Assembly (NCBI GenBank): GCA_029564465.1
Contig: JAKQPY010000056.1
Location: forward strand, 886 to 64,885
Direction: 5' to 3'
Length of the DNA: 64,000 nt
Source of the DNA: Bacteroidota bacterium
Lineage (GTDB): Bacteria; Bacteroidota; Bacteroidia; Bacteroidales; ML635J-15
Under the pieces are notes generated by a model. The model ran no database searches, had not been told where the DNA came from, and saw nothing but the letters and a program-made list of their open reading frames with translations. Shown in pieces: positions 7,986-17,266 of the stretch. Position numbers and translations under genes: made by a program. Position 1 is the first letter of the stretch, and each line of letters opens with the position of its first letter.

Positions 7986-9361
7986 TTACTGTTGTTGTTT
8001 TCTACTTTACTGTCCACAATTCCGTCGCTGAATTCAGTTTGAATAATATCGCCGGGTAGGAGGGAAGCCGCCGACCCAACTGCTTTTCCGTTGTGACGTG
8101 TTATGCTGAACCCGCGTTTTAAAATGGTTTTGGGATTCGAGAATTCGATATTTTTTTCGTAATGATTCAATGTTTCGCTGTGTTGTTTGACGATTCGCAG
8201 CGGAGTATTCCGGAATTCCGTCTGCAACGCGCTGAGAGCGGACCGTGCTTTTAGTGTTTCAACAGTAACGAAGGTATGCATTTGCTGACCCAATGTGTCG
8301 AGCAGATGATAATGCCGGGCAATTGCAGTGCCTGCCGAGTTGATAGTGGCTGATGCCAGTTTGTCGTGAACAGCAGAAGCTCTCGACAGAATATCACGGC
8401 TTCGACTGACGAGCGTAAATGCCATGTAATTCATCAGGCTGAAATGGTCGTGAAGCCGGTTTCGCGACAATCCTGAAATCGATTGGTAGGTTTCATTGAG
8501 TTCTTCCTCGTAGTTCCGGTTGTGCTCAACAATTGAAGCGGCTACCGCCGTGGGTGTTTTAAAGCGGGAATGCGATACCATATCGGCAATGCTGTCGTCG
8601 CGCTCGTGTCCGATTCCGGTAAAAACGGGAACAGGAAACTGGGTGATGTGGAATGCAATATCGTAACTGTCGAATGCGGCAAGGTCGGTTTTAGCACCAC
8701 CACCCCTGATAAGCACGACAACGTCAGGTTGTTTTCTTGCATTATAAATATGGTTGAAGGCTTCGATTACCGATTTCTCGGTTTGATTACCCTGCATGAT
8801 GGCATTATACAAAGTCACGGTAAACCGGTAGCCAAAAATATTATCGTTCAGTTGATTGACAAAATCGCCGTAGCCTGCAGCCCCTGATGACGAAATCACG
8901 GCAATACTTTGAATAACTTCCGGCAGCATCAGGGTTTTGTTCATATCGAAAACACCTTGTTGAATCAGGTTGTCGATTATTTCCTGACGCTTTCGTTGCA
9001 AATCGCCCAATGTATAGTTGGCATCTATGTCGTGAACCAGCAGGCTGAGTCCGTACACCGCATGAAATTCAACACTGACCCGCAATAACAGTTTCATCGA
9101 GGCTGACAGGGGTTTCCCTGTTGTATGCTCAAAATAGGGTCGTATAAACCGATAGCGATTTGCCCAGATGATGGCTTTTGAAGAGGCAACAATCTGATCG
9201 GAATCAGTAGCCTTTTCGACGAGTTCGAGATAACAATGACCCTGCCTGTTTTCGGTAATATGGTTTATTTCGGCAACAACCCAGTAGTAATCAGGCAGCT
9301 GATTGCTAAGACTTTCGCCGATAAGTTGATTTAATTCGTAAAGGCTGATTTGCCCCTGCAT
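7982..9361 (-). CDS. xseA: Exodeoxyribonuclease VII large subunit
   Basis: 459 aa. Has the N-terminal OB-fold region (ISLYELNQLIGESL..YWVVAEI..GHCYLELVE) and core motifs VLIRGGGA..DLAAFD and TGIGHERD. Its ATG overlaps the upstream gene's stop (ATGA). Confidence 0.9.
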   Translation of the reverse strand: MQGQISLYELNQLIGESLSNQLPDYYWVVAEINHITENRQGHCYLELVEKATDSDQIVASSKAIIWANRYRFIRPYFEHTTGKPLSASMKLLLRVSVEFHAVYGLSLLVHDIDANYTLGDLQRKRQEIIDNLIQQGVFDMNKTLMLPEVIQSIAVISSSGAAGYGDFVNQLNDNIFGYRFTVTLYNAIMQGNQTEKSVIEAFNHIYNARKQPDVVVLIRGGGAKTDLAAFDSYDIAFHITQFPVPVFTGIGHERDDSIADMVSHSRFKTPTAVAASIVEHNRNYEEELNETYQSISGLSRNRLHDHFSLMNYMAFTLVSRSRDILSRASAVHDKLASATINSAGTAIARHYHLLDTLGQQMHTFVTVETLKARSALSALQTEFRNTPLRIVKQHSETLNHYEKNIEFSNPKTILKRGFSITRHNGKAVGSAASLLPGDIIQTEFSDGIVDSKVENNNSK

Positions 9362-11028
9362 CAGTTGCCGGTTTTTATCAGTTTCTGATTGTGATACTGA
9401 TTGCCGGCCTTCAGACTAACGATGTATGAACCTGTCGGCAGATTGGGAAGTCCCTGCACCGTAATCTGTCCCTGCGTATCGCCGCGCGTTTCAAGCGATT
9501 TGAAAAAGATTCGGCTGCCATCGATGGTGGTGATATTTAATTCGATGCTGTCGGATTCAATGCCGTTATATTGAACCGTAAGTGATTCGTTGAACGGGTT
9601 CGGGAAAACACGCATTGTTTTCATTGAATTTTCGCCCCGGTCATTTATACCGTTCAATTGCTGATGCAGACTTCCGAAATCGGGGATACCGTATCCGTAA
9701 AGCGAATCGGGGGTATTATACATGTGCGATGCTTCGCGAATGGCATCCATGAGTTCGATGTTTGTCATTTCGGGATGAGCCTGCCACAAACAGGTAACCA
9801 TGCCGCTGATGACGGGGGCCGAAAACGAAGTTCCCCACCCGGGATAAATACCGCCCAGTTGTTGACATATAGTAGCCGCACCAACCCCGCAAACATCGGG
9901 TTTGATCCGTCCGTCGTGGGTGGGTCCCACGCTGCTGAAATCGGAATGTATGCTGTCGTAGCCAACCGAACCTATGGTTAATACACCGGGAGCATCGCCG
10001 GGTGTGCCGATGTAGGGTATTTCTTCGTTACCGGAATTACCGGCCGAAACCACCACCATCATACCCCGTGATGAGGCAATATTGGCGGCTTTACTAACCC
10101 AGGCAGTGATTCCATCGAGCTGAGCTACCTGATGCGACCAGTAAGGGTTGTCGTATTCGAAATATCCCAGCGAAACGTTGATTACATCGGCTCCCATACT
10201 GTCGGCGTATTCTGCCCCACACGACCAGTTAATTTCTTCGATAATGTTCTCGTATCCGGCATCTTCGGTTACTAGCAGCAGAAAATTAGCTTTGGGAGCT
10301 GTTCCTATCAGCGTGTCAGGCACATTGCCCCCGATAATTGAGGTAACGTTGGTTCCATGTTCGCTGTATCGGTAAATATCTTCATTATGGTTAACAAAAT
10401 TCTTCATTGCAACTATCTGGTTGTTGATGCGCAGGCTATCGAATGCCCTGAGTGTATCGAAACCCATAAACCCTGCGTCGGTAACGGCAATGAGCATCCC
10501 CTGACCCTGAAAGCCGGCATTGTGCAGCATCTGGCCATTGTGCATATACACCTGAAGCGACGACCAGCCATAAGCAAGTTCGTCATCAGTGTTTTTTGCC
10601 GGAAGTTCATCGTTAAGTTTCAGGTAGGGCATTATTTCGATTGACTGCCGGCTTCTTTTCTTTCTTTTGGTCTGAACATTCACCGACTTTACGAAAGGTA
10701 ATTCTGCAATATCGCTAATAAGCGAAGTATTGGTAGTGCGAACCACCACTCCGTTGAGCCATTTCGAAATATTGATGACTTCGACACCGGTGGCTTCCAC
10801 CGCCTGAATATACGCCGGGTTTACGGGCAAGTCGCTGCTGTCGGTGCTGATGTTGTATCTCTCACGACGGTCGAGAGCCCTGTCGCTTAAATAATCGCCG
10901 GGTTGTTCGAGTGTGTAGGGCGTCCCGGTTTTATTCTTGAACTCAATCCAGTACACATCAGGGGCAACCTGGGCAAATAAACTGCTTGCGGTTATTATAA
11001 GCATCAGGGTTGTGAGTAGTGTTTTCAT
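9361..11028 (-). CDS. Secreted S8 (subtilisin-family) serine peptidase with T9SS C-terminal sorting domain
   Basis: Catalytic triad contexts are IAVTDAGF (Asp), HGTNVTSIIGG (His) and GTSFSAPVISG (Ser). The C-terminal ~80 aa (VFPNPFNESLTVQY...GSYIVSLKAG) resembles a T9SS CTD. I moved the start to Met45 (MKTLLTTLMLIITASSLFAQ, a signal peptide); the track start at 11160 would overlap the upstream gene. Confidence 0.88.
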   Translation of the reverse strand: MKTLLTTLMLIITASSLFAQVAPDVYWIEFKNKTGTPYTLEQPGDYLSDRALDRRERYNISTDSSDLPVNPAYIQAVEATGVEVINISKWLNGVVVRTTNTSLISDIAELPFVKSVNVQTKRKKRSRQSIEIMPYLKLNDELPAKNTDDELAYGWSSLQVYMHNGQMLHNAGFQGQGMLIAVTDAGFMGFDTLRAFDSLRINNQIVAMKNFVNHNEDIYRYSEHGTNVTSIIGGNVPDTLIGTAPKANFLLLVTEDAGYENIIEEINWSCGAEYADSMGADVINVSLGYFEYDNPYWSHQVAQLDGITAWVSKAANIASSRGMMVVVSAGNSGNEEIPYIGTPGDAPGVLTIGSVGYDSIHSDFSSVGPTHDGRIKPDVCGVGAATICQQLGGIYPGWGTSFSAPVISGMVTCLWQAHPEMTNIELMDAIREASHMYNTPDSLYGYGIPDFGSLHQQLNGINDRGENSMKTMRVFPNPFNESLTVQYNGIESDSIELNITTIDGSRIFFKSLETRGDTQGQITVQGLPNLPTGSYIVSLKAGNQYHNQKLIKTGN

Positions 11029-11089
11029 AATGTCAGATTTTCGTTTGCCGCTAACCCCGGATCCGGCTCCGCCGGGGCTATCAGGCTGT

Positions 11090-11803
11090 TTAATCTTCAA
11101 GATTATACGTGTAGCCGGTGAGTATCTGATAATAAATTGTTCCTGTTGTAATCCGGTCATCCACAGGAATTTGCGGAATTACTTCCTGCGAATTGATGTT
11201 GATTTGCTGCTTATAAATCAAGCCAATATGGCTGGCATATACCTCGCGACTGTAGTTCTTGTGAATGAGCGACGAATCGGCTTCGTGCATCACCGTGAGG
11301 GTTGAGTCGAAAATCATACCGTTAACCGTAAAACTGCGATTTGGATTTGCAATAAAATATGTTTTTTCAGCTGAGGTATTAAACAAATTTCCATTCCACG
11401 ATTTGCCTTCGGAAACAGGAAACCGTATTTTCACGAACCTTAGGTTTTCTTCTACCGCAAAGGCAGCCTGTTCGTATATCTGGGCAGTCCACACATCGCT
11501 GATTTCAAAATTACTGTTGCCTTCGGGGCAAATACTCCGTTCGGCAATATAGGCTGTATGCCCGGTATTGTCGGTAAAACTGCCTGTATAGGTTTCTTTT
11601 AAACGGTAGCGCAATGTGTCGTAGCGGCTCACCGGTTTATCAATTACAATTTCGACAACATCGTAATAACGGATTAGCACGGTGTCGAGCGGAAAGTACT
11701 GAATGCCGGTGTAATCGGCTTCCACAGGTTCGGGTGGTTCATTACTGCAGCCGCCGGCAATCACTGCAATCAAAATAAATCCTATAATCAGCCATTTGTT
11801 CAT
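11090..11803 (-). CDS. Hypothetical lipoprotein
   Basis: The ORF is trimmed to MNKWLIIGFILIAVIAGGCSNEPP (signal peptide plus lipobox Cys), which removes the overlap with mnmA. No recognisable family. Confidence 0.6.
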   Translation of the reverse strand: MNKWLIIGFILIAVIAGGCSNEPPEPVEADYTGIQYFPLDTVLIRYYDVVEIVIDKPVSRYDTLRYRLKETYTGSFTDNTGHTAYIAERSICPEGNSNFEISDVWTAQIYEQAAFAVEENLRFVKIRFPVSEGKSWNGNLFNTSAEKTYFIANPNRSFTVNGMIFDSTLTVMHEADSSLIHKNYSREVYASHIGLIYKQQININSQEVIPQIPVDDRITTGTIYYQILTGYTYNLED

Positions 11804-11813
11804 TAGGGCAAAG

Positions 11814-12899
11814 TTAGCTAATTTTCGAAATAACGCCACCACCAATAATATCGTCGTTTTCGTAAAACACAGCCGATTGTCCGGGCGTTACAGCACGGGC
11901 TTCGGCCTTAAACTCAACAAACCAATTATCGCCGTGTTGTAGTATAACTGCAGGTATTGCCGGGGTTTTATAGCGGATTTTTACCATTATGGTGTCGCCT
12001 GAATTGACAGGTTTGTTCAACAAAACATTGTTGAGCTGTGCTTTCGGACAATGTAAATCTTCGGTTTTTCCTAAAACCACGGTATTGGTTTCGGGTATTA
12101 TTGCCGTAACGTATGCCGGTTCACCCAATGCAATTTGCAATCCTTTACGCTGGCCTATGGTATAGAACGGATACCCCTGATGTTTGCCGAGAATTTTGCC
12201 GTTTGAATCAATAAAATTACCCGCTCCCGGTAATTGATTCACGTTCTCGCGAATGAAACGACGGTAATCGTTGTCGGGAATGAAGCACACTTCCTGACTT
12301 TCGCGCTTGTCGGCAATGTGGGTGAATCCATGACTGCGGGCAATTTCTCGTACTGCCTTTTTTGTTAAATCACCCAGAGGAAACATGGTTTTTCGAAGCA
12401 CTTCGTCGGTAAGCATCCATAAAAAATAGGATTGGTCCTTAGTCAGATCAACCCCACGACGAAGAAAATGACGCTTGCCATCAACCCCGATGCGTGCATA
12501 ATGCCCTGTGGCAATGTATTCGCAATCAGCCTGCATGGCTTCTTCGAGTAAAATACCCCATTTTATGATGTTATTGCAAAGCACACAGGGGTTGGGTGTG
12601 CGGCCTGACATGTATTCGTCAATAAAATTACGGATAATGGTATCCTTAAAAACCTGACGAACATCAATAATGCGATGCTCGAACCCAAGGGTGTCGGCAA
12701 GGCGCCTGGCTTCGAACAAGGTGTCGGCGTTGCAGCACCCGGTTTCTTTTTCCATGCAGGCTTTCGAAATGCTATCGTATGGCCTGAATGTAATGCCCGT
12801 TATCTGATAACCTTGTTCCAGCAACAAAATGGCTGCCGTAGAACTGTCGAGGCCACCGCTCATGGCCAGCATTACTTTTATATTTCGATTATTATTCAT
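11814..12899 (-). CDS. mnmA: tRNA-specific 2-thiouridylase (tRNA 2-thiouridine(34) synthase)
   Basis: 361 aa. Has the PP-loop MLAMSGGLDSS, motifs RTPNPCVLCNNIIKW and ATGHYAR, and C-terminal GQSAVFYE. Confidence 0.93.
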   Translation of the reverse strand: MNNNRNIKVMLAMSGGLDSSTAAILLLEQGYQITGITFRPYDSISKACMEKETGCCNADTLFEARRLADTLGFEHRIIDVRQVFKDTIIRNFIDEYMSGRTPNPCVLCNNIIKWGILLEEAMQADCEYIATGHYARIGVDGKRHFLRRGVDLTKDQSYFLWMLTDEVLRKTMFPLGDLTKKAVREIARSHGFTHIADKRESQEVCFIPDNDYRRFIRENVNQLPGAGNFIDSNGKILGKHQGYPFYTIGQRKGLQIALGEPAYVTAIIPETNTVVLGKTEDLHCPKAQLNNVLLNKPVNSGDTIMVKIRYKTPAIPAVILQHGDNWFVEFKAEARAVTPGQSAVFYENDDIIGGGVISKIS

Positions 12900-12944
12900 G
12901 TAAAACAGAGGAAGTGCTAGCCACCGCGTTAACCCGCTACAATA

Positions 12945-13766
12945 TTATTTGTTGTTCCTGAAGAATTCAATAGGATTGTCAAGATAGTCTTCGGGATTTT
13001 TGAATTTATCCTGATTCTGTTTTGCCCATTCAATTTTTTCCTGTAATTCTTTGCTGTTAGCATCCATGCAATCAGGGGCATCATAAATGTATTTTACTGT
13101 ATCAATGCATTTACCCCCTTCGTAAAAATACCAAAGGCCATGCCGCATGCCTTGCACATATGGCCCGGTTTCGGCAAGGTTTTTTTCCGGATCATATATT
13201 TTAAAAATGCCTTCTTTCTTATTGTCCTTATAGAGGCCTGATTCATGCACGTTTCCTCCGGCAAAATATCGTGTGTAATTTCCGGTGAGAACTCCATGAA
13301 CGTAATTGCAATCAAGCAGTTTATCACCGCTGGGATAAAACATCCTGACAAAGCCATCAATCGTATCGTTGATATAGTTAACTTCGGTACTCAGCACACC
13401 ATCTTCGAAATATATCTTCCAGTAACCAATGCGCTGGTGCAATTTATTGTACTTTCCGGTAGCGGCCGGTTTACCGCCGGGCCAATACAATTCAGCCGAA
13501 ATTACATCTTTTTTCGAATAATCGAGCACCGATTTCAAACTTCCATCGGGGTGATAATAGAAAAATGTACCTACGGGCTCGTCGTTATCGAAGTAACCTT
13601 TGTACCGGATTTGCCCGTCGTCGTAACGTTTTACCCATTTCCCCTGCTTCTTGTTGTTGATGTCGATGTAGTTTACGAGGGTGTCGTTTTCTTTGTGGCC
13701 AACCTGCGCCTGTAAGGGAAGAATAATCACCGAATAGAAAACTAAAGACAGAATTAAAAATCTCAT
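12945..13766 (-). CDS. Secreted MORN-repeat (YwqK-like) protein
   Basis: 273 aa with signal peptide MRFLILSLVFYSVIILPLQAQ. Contains repeated G.W..Y...G......Y.....G modules (GKWVKRYDDGQIRYKGYFDNDEPVGTFFYYHPDG...). Confidence 0.7.
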   Translation of the reverse strand: MRFLILSLVFYSVIILPLQAQVGHKENDTLVNYIDINNKKQGKWVKRYDDGQIRYKGYFDNDEPVGTFFYYHPDGSLKSVLDYSKKDVISAELYWPGGKPAATGKYNKLHQRIGYWKIYFEDGVLSTEVNYINDTIDGFVRMFYPSGDKLLDCNYVHGVLTGNYTRYFAGGNVHESGLYKDNKKEGIFKIYDPEKNLAETGPYVQGMRHGLWYFYEGGKCIDTVKYIYDAPDCMDANSKELQEKIEWAKQNQDKFKNPEDYLDNPIEFFRNNK

Positions 13767-13790
13767 ATTTTCGTTTTTTTCAAGTGTATC

Positions 13791-13798
13791 AAAATTAA
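13791..13798 (-). promoter_or_regulatory. -7 promoter motif (TAATTTTG on minus strand) upstream of the MORN-repeat gene
   Basis: Plus-strand CAAAATTA is the reverse complement of TAATTTTG. It lies 25 nt upstream of the ATG at 13766. Confidence 0.4.
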
Positions 13799-14035
13799 TG
13801 CCTGCGTTTATTTATTACAACTGAAACGCAGCAATTTTATATTTATTTTTTAAACAATTACCATGCAGAATGAATTCTGTAAATTATTTTATAAACATCA
13901 GATAATTAATAATATAGGATTTATTCTTATCAGTTGGTTTGTGTGTAAATGTATTTTTCAACATATTTTTATGCTTAAATACGGATTTAATTGGCCATAT
14001 TTGCAAAAAATTGAATTACTGATTTGTAACATTAT

Positions 14036-14962
14036 ATGAAGCTGTTTCTTGTAAATCTGTTTTTGATACTTTCCTCAACATTATTGTTTTCGCAGGCTGT
14101 ACCCAAAGTGATTGATACCTTGCCATATCAGAATCTTCAGATAATTATATTCGACGATTACAGCTGGAAATATGTAAATCACGAAAGTGTAGAACAGGAG
14201 ATTTTCACCCGTACTTCGGCCGAAACCATGGATTATATTCTCAGGAACAAGTTGTATGAACCTGATAGCGCTGCTATTTTTGGAACAACCTGGGATTCCA
14301 TCGAGTTATTTGGATATGGCGGTTCGAATTTCGAAAATTGTCGTGATACCCTGGCAATTCCATTGTTGGCCAAAGACACTTTTTTTATCCCGGTACAGGG
14401 CCGTATTTTCGGGGAATTTACCTGGCGGGGTGCCCGTATGCATTCCGGGGTTGATATTGATTTAAAGACGGGAGACCCCGTGGTTGCTGCATTTAGCGGA
14501 AAAGTACGTAAAGCCTACTACAACCCGGGTGGTTACGGTTATATGATTATTTTAAGGCATCGCAATGGACTCGAAACCTATTATGCCCATCTTTCGCGGA
14601 TGCTGGTAACCGAAGGACAATGGGTAGATGCAGGTGATACAATAGCCTTGGGTGGAAGCACCGGCCGTAGCACGGCTCCGCATCTGCACTGGGAAGTTCG
14701 CTATAAAGACAACGCATTCAATCCGCGAATGATTGCTGATTTCGACAACAACAAGCTGGTAACCGATACCCTAATCCTGACACCGGCTGACTTTAAGCAT
14801 GTGAAAGAACTTACCGAAGCCAAATATCATTACATTAAGCAGGGTGATACCCTATGGGCTATATCGCGAAAGTATGGCGTTTCGGTAGCCAAATTGTGCT
14901 CCCTCAACGGTATCAGCGAGAATAGTATTCTCAGGCTTGGGGCATCGCTGCGGGTTCGTTAA
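14036..14962 (+). CDS. M23 family metallopeptidase with C-terminal LysM domain
   Basis: 308 aa with a signal peptide. M23 motifs are HSGVDID and HLHWEVR. The C-terminal LysM-like segment is YIKQGDTLWAISRKYGVSVAKLCSLNGI...LRLGASLRV. Confidence 0.88.
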   Translation: MKLFLVNLFLILSSTLLFSQAVPKVIDTLPYQNLQIIIFDDYSWKYVNHESVEQEIFTRTSAETMDYILRNKLYEPDSAAIFGTTWDSIELFGYGGSNFENCRDTLAIPLLAKDTFFIPVQGRIFGEFTWRGARMHSGVDIDLKTGDPVVAAFSGKVRKAYYNPGGYGYMIILRHRNGLETYYAHLSRMLVTEGQWVDAGDTIALGGSTGRSTAPHLHWEVRYKDNAFNPRMIADFDNNKLVTDTLILTPADFKHVKELTEAKYHYIKQGDTLWAISRKYGVSVAKLCSLNGISENSILRLGASLRVR

Positions 14963-14978
14963 CGGGATTATATCCCAT

Positions 14979-17153
14979 TTATCTTAAAGTCACATCAATG
15001 GTAAATTTCGGCGTTTTCATTTCGTCGGGCAAATTCCTGAAATCGACGGTTTTAAACGAGTAGGCCTCAACGGGAACCTTATTTTCAGCAAAATAGGCTT
15101 TTATCAGGTTTTCGCGAAGTGCGAGCAATTGATTCAGCCTTGACTGAGCCTTTTCGGGAGTGTATTTTGTCATGCAGGCCTTACGAATGCTGTTATTGTC
15201 GGCATCAGCACCGAGACCGAGATAAGTCAGAAATTCCGAAGTATTGTCAATCATTTCATTCGCTTCCTGTTTAAGTGAATTAAAGTCTGCATCCGGTTTA
15301 AGGGCCCGTAAGTACATGAGTTTTGTTTCGTAAACAGCTATCAGGGCTTTTTCGGTATCAGGATCGGTGGTTTGGGTAAAAACAAACGCCAGTTCACCTT
15401 TCTTCTTGATAAATCCGGCTATTTTCTCAAGATTTTGTCGTTGTTCCGTATTCAAACTGTCTTGCAACCATTCAAAGTTTATTTGTTTGATTTTTTCGGG
15501 ATTTCCACCCACTGCATTGCCAATTGCATTAAACGGAGCCGCAGCCGTTTTGATGAGAAATTCTTCCAAGGTTTTCCAGATTATTTTTCTCACTTTAAAT
15601 TTGGGATCAGATGGGTCTCCCGAAACAGGCAGGTCGAAATCGATGACGTCGTTGCGGTCTTTTAAAACATATAAAGCCAATCCAATGGGAACTTTATACG
15701 CGGTAGTGTCTTTTGTTTTTTTACCCATATCCAGGTCCAGAATTCTGATATGGTTTTCACTTTCCATGGCTGCGGGTGTCAGGTAAATGCTACAGTCATA
15801 ATTGAATGTTCCTTTCAGGATGGGGCGCGCCAGATAATACTCGGAATAGGGTGACAGGAACACCATATCGAGGTCTCTGAGTATGGCTTCAAGATAGAAT
15901 GTTTCGAGGGTGTACATGTTAACTGTGGCTTTGCCCGACAGCTTACCCTGGTCGTTTAGGTTCATGGTGAATTCCATCGGGACACGGGTTGCCAGATCGG
16001 TATAATCGCGCATGGTAAAATTCAACTGCGAAATATCAAGCAGAAATGGCCGGTTCAGGGTATAGTCGGCATAAGCAATATTGCCGTTAACTACAGTGAG
16101 TTCCTGCACCGAATAATGCATTTCGACCGTGTCGTTGGGGTCAGGAATGGTATCTGCCCAATAGGGGGCAAGCACTATGTCGTAGTTGGCTCCTTTACTG
16201 CTCAGTGTGGTGTTTATTTTTGGATTTTCGATAAGCATCTTACTTATATCGTAATTTTCACGCCAAAGATTAATCGATTCAAGTTCCAGATGCACTTTGT
16301 CGGCACTCATAAATGGTATCATCGTCGGATCGGTAATCATGAGATTGGTAACACCGGCTTCCCCTGTAATTTCGATATTCATAAGATTGGTCAGGCTTCC
16401 GGCTATTTTAATATCCGAATACAGATTGCCCGTAATTGAACCGGCATCAACATAGTCGTTGAAATAGCTTTTAAATGGAGTTATATCGATGTTTTCGGTT
16501 TTAGCCGTTACTTCATATTTTGCTTTAGCCTGGTCGATTGTCCCGGCAAGTGACACCTTCCCGTTTTCTCCCATTTCGAATTCAATACCCAGGTCGGAAC
16601 GGCTGTTATCCCAGGCAATCTCAGGAATGTTGAGTCCGAGGTTCTTTAGCTCGGTTACCGAATTGATGGTTTTATCTTCGTAGCGTAGGTGGCCACCTGT
16701 AACTGTAAGATTTTTTACCAGATATTTAATGGTATCGCTACTTTCTTCCTCTGGTTCTTCTCCCTCGGTGAGGTGCTCAATGATATCATCAAAATTAAAT
16801 CCTTTTTCGTCGGCAACCACCGAGAGTGTCGGGTTAACCAGTTTGATTTCGGAAAAAGCATATTGGTTTTTCAACAAACGCCAGGGATCCATATCGATAA
16901 CCATTTCGTCGAAACCCAGAAATGTCTGTTTTGCATCTTTTTCGTAAAGCACAAAACCTTTGGCTGAAACACTAAACTTCAAATAATTGATATGCAACTC
17001 GGTAATGCTAATTTTACGACCAATAATCTTTTCTCCGTTGTTCTCGACATACCATTTAATAATGCTCGATAGAAAGAACATCAGAATGGCAATTATCAGA
17101 ACAAAAATAATCAGTATTTTCAGCCCGGTGCGGCGTTTTCGTTTCTTTTCCAT
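14979..17153 (-). CDS. Large membrane-anchored AsmA-like / DUF748-type protein
   Basis: 724 aa with an N-terminal TM anchor (GLKILIIFVLIIAILMFFLSSII), followed by a long beta-rich region typical of AsmA/DUF748 envelope proteins. The assignment rests on overall resemblance only. Confidence 0.55.
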   Translation of the reverse strand: MEKKRKRRTGLKILIIFVLIIAILMFFLSSIIKWYVENNGEKIIGRKISITELHINYLKFSVSAKGFVLYEKDAKQTFLGFDEMVIDMDPWRLLKNQYAFSEIKLVNPTLSVVADEKGFNFDDIIEHLTEGEEPEEESSDTIKYLVKNLTVTGGHLRYEDKTINSVTELKNLGLNIPEIAWDNSRSDLGIEFEMGENGKVSLAGTIDQAKAKYEVTAKTENIDITPFKSYFNDYVDAGSITGNLYSDIKIAGSLTNLMNIEITGEAGVTNLMITDPTMIPFMSADKVHLELESINLWRENYDISKMLIENPKINTTLSSKGANYDIVLAPYWADTIPDPNDTVEMHYSVQELTVVNGNIAYADYTLNRPFLLDISQLNFTMRDYTDLATRVPMEFTMNLNDQGKLSGKATVNMYTLETFYLEAILRDLDMVFLSPYSEYYLARPILKGTFNYDCSIYLTPAAMESENHIRILDLDMGKKTKDTTAYKVPIGLALYVLKDRNDVIDFDLPVSGDPSDPKFKVRKIIWKTLEEFLIKTAAAPFNAIGNAVGGNPEKIKQINFEWLQDSLNTEQRQNLEKIAGFIKKKGELAFVFTQTTDPDTEKALIAVYETKLMYLRALKPDADFNSLKQEANEMIDNTSEFLTYLGLGADADNNSIRKACMTKYTPEKAQSRLNQLLALRENLIKAYFAENKVPVEAYSFKTVDFRNLPDEMKTPKFTIDVTLR

Positions 17154-17173
17154 ACTCCATTATAATTATAATA

Positions 17174-17181
17174 CAAACATA
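17174..17181 (-). promoter_or_regulatory. -7 promoter motif (TATGTTTG on minus strand) upstream of the AsmA-like gene
   Basis: Plus-strand CAAACATA is the reverse complement of TATGTTTG. It lies 21 nt upstream of the ATG at 17153. Confidence 0.35.
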
Positions 17182-17207
17182 TAATTTTCGATTGGGATTT
17201 TGTAATC

Positions 17208-17243
17208 AAAAAAAAAGAGGCTGTCGAATAATGAACAGCCTCT
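17208..17243 (-). terminator. Rho-independent terminator after the MFS transporter gene
   Basis: Stem AGAGGCTGT (17216-17224) pairs with ACAGCCTCT (17235-17243). The A9 run on the plus strand gives a U-tail on the minus-strand transcript. Confidence 0.75.
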
Positions 17244-17266
17244 TTAGAATTATTTTTTATTACCGG

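Noticed and set aside
9361-11160. Track start of the S8 peptidase 44 codons upstream of the signal peptide
   Set aside because: The extension (MTGLQQEQFIIRYSPATRI...) would bury the signal peptide and overlap the 3' end of the upstream lipoprotein gene. Met45 gives a canonical signal peptide.
12945-13766. MORN/YwqK-like protein as the antitoxin of a toxin-antitoxin pair
   Set aside because: The protein has a signal peptide, and no toxin-like partner gene is adjacent. The neighbours are mnmA and an M23 peptidase. The 'antitoxin' label often attached to this family is not supported by the context here.
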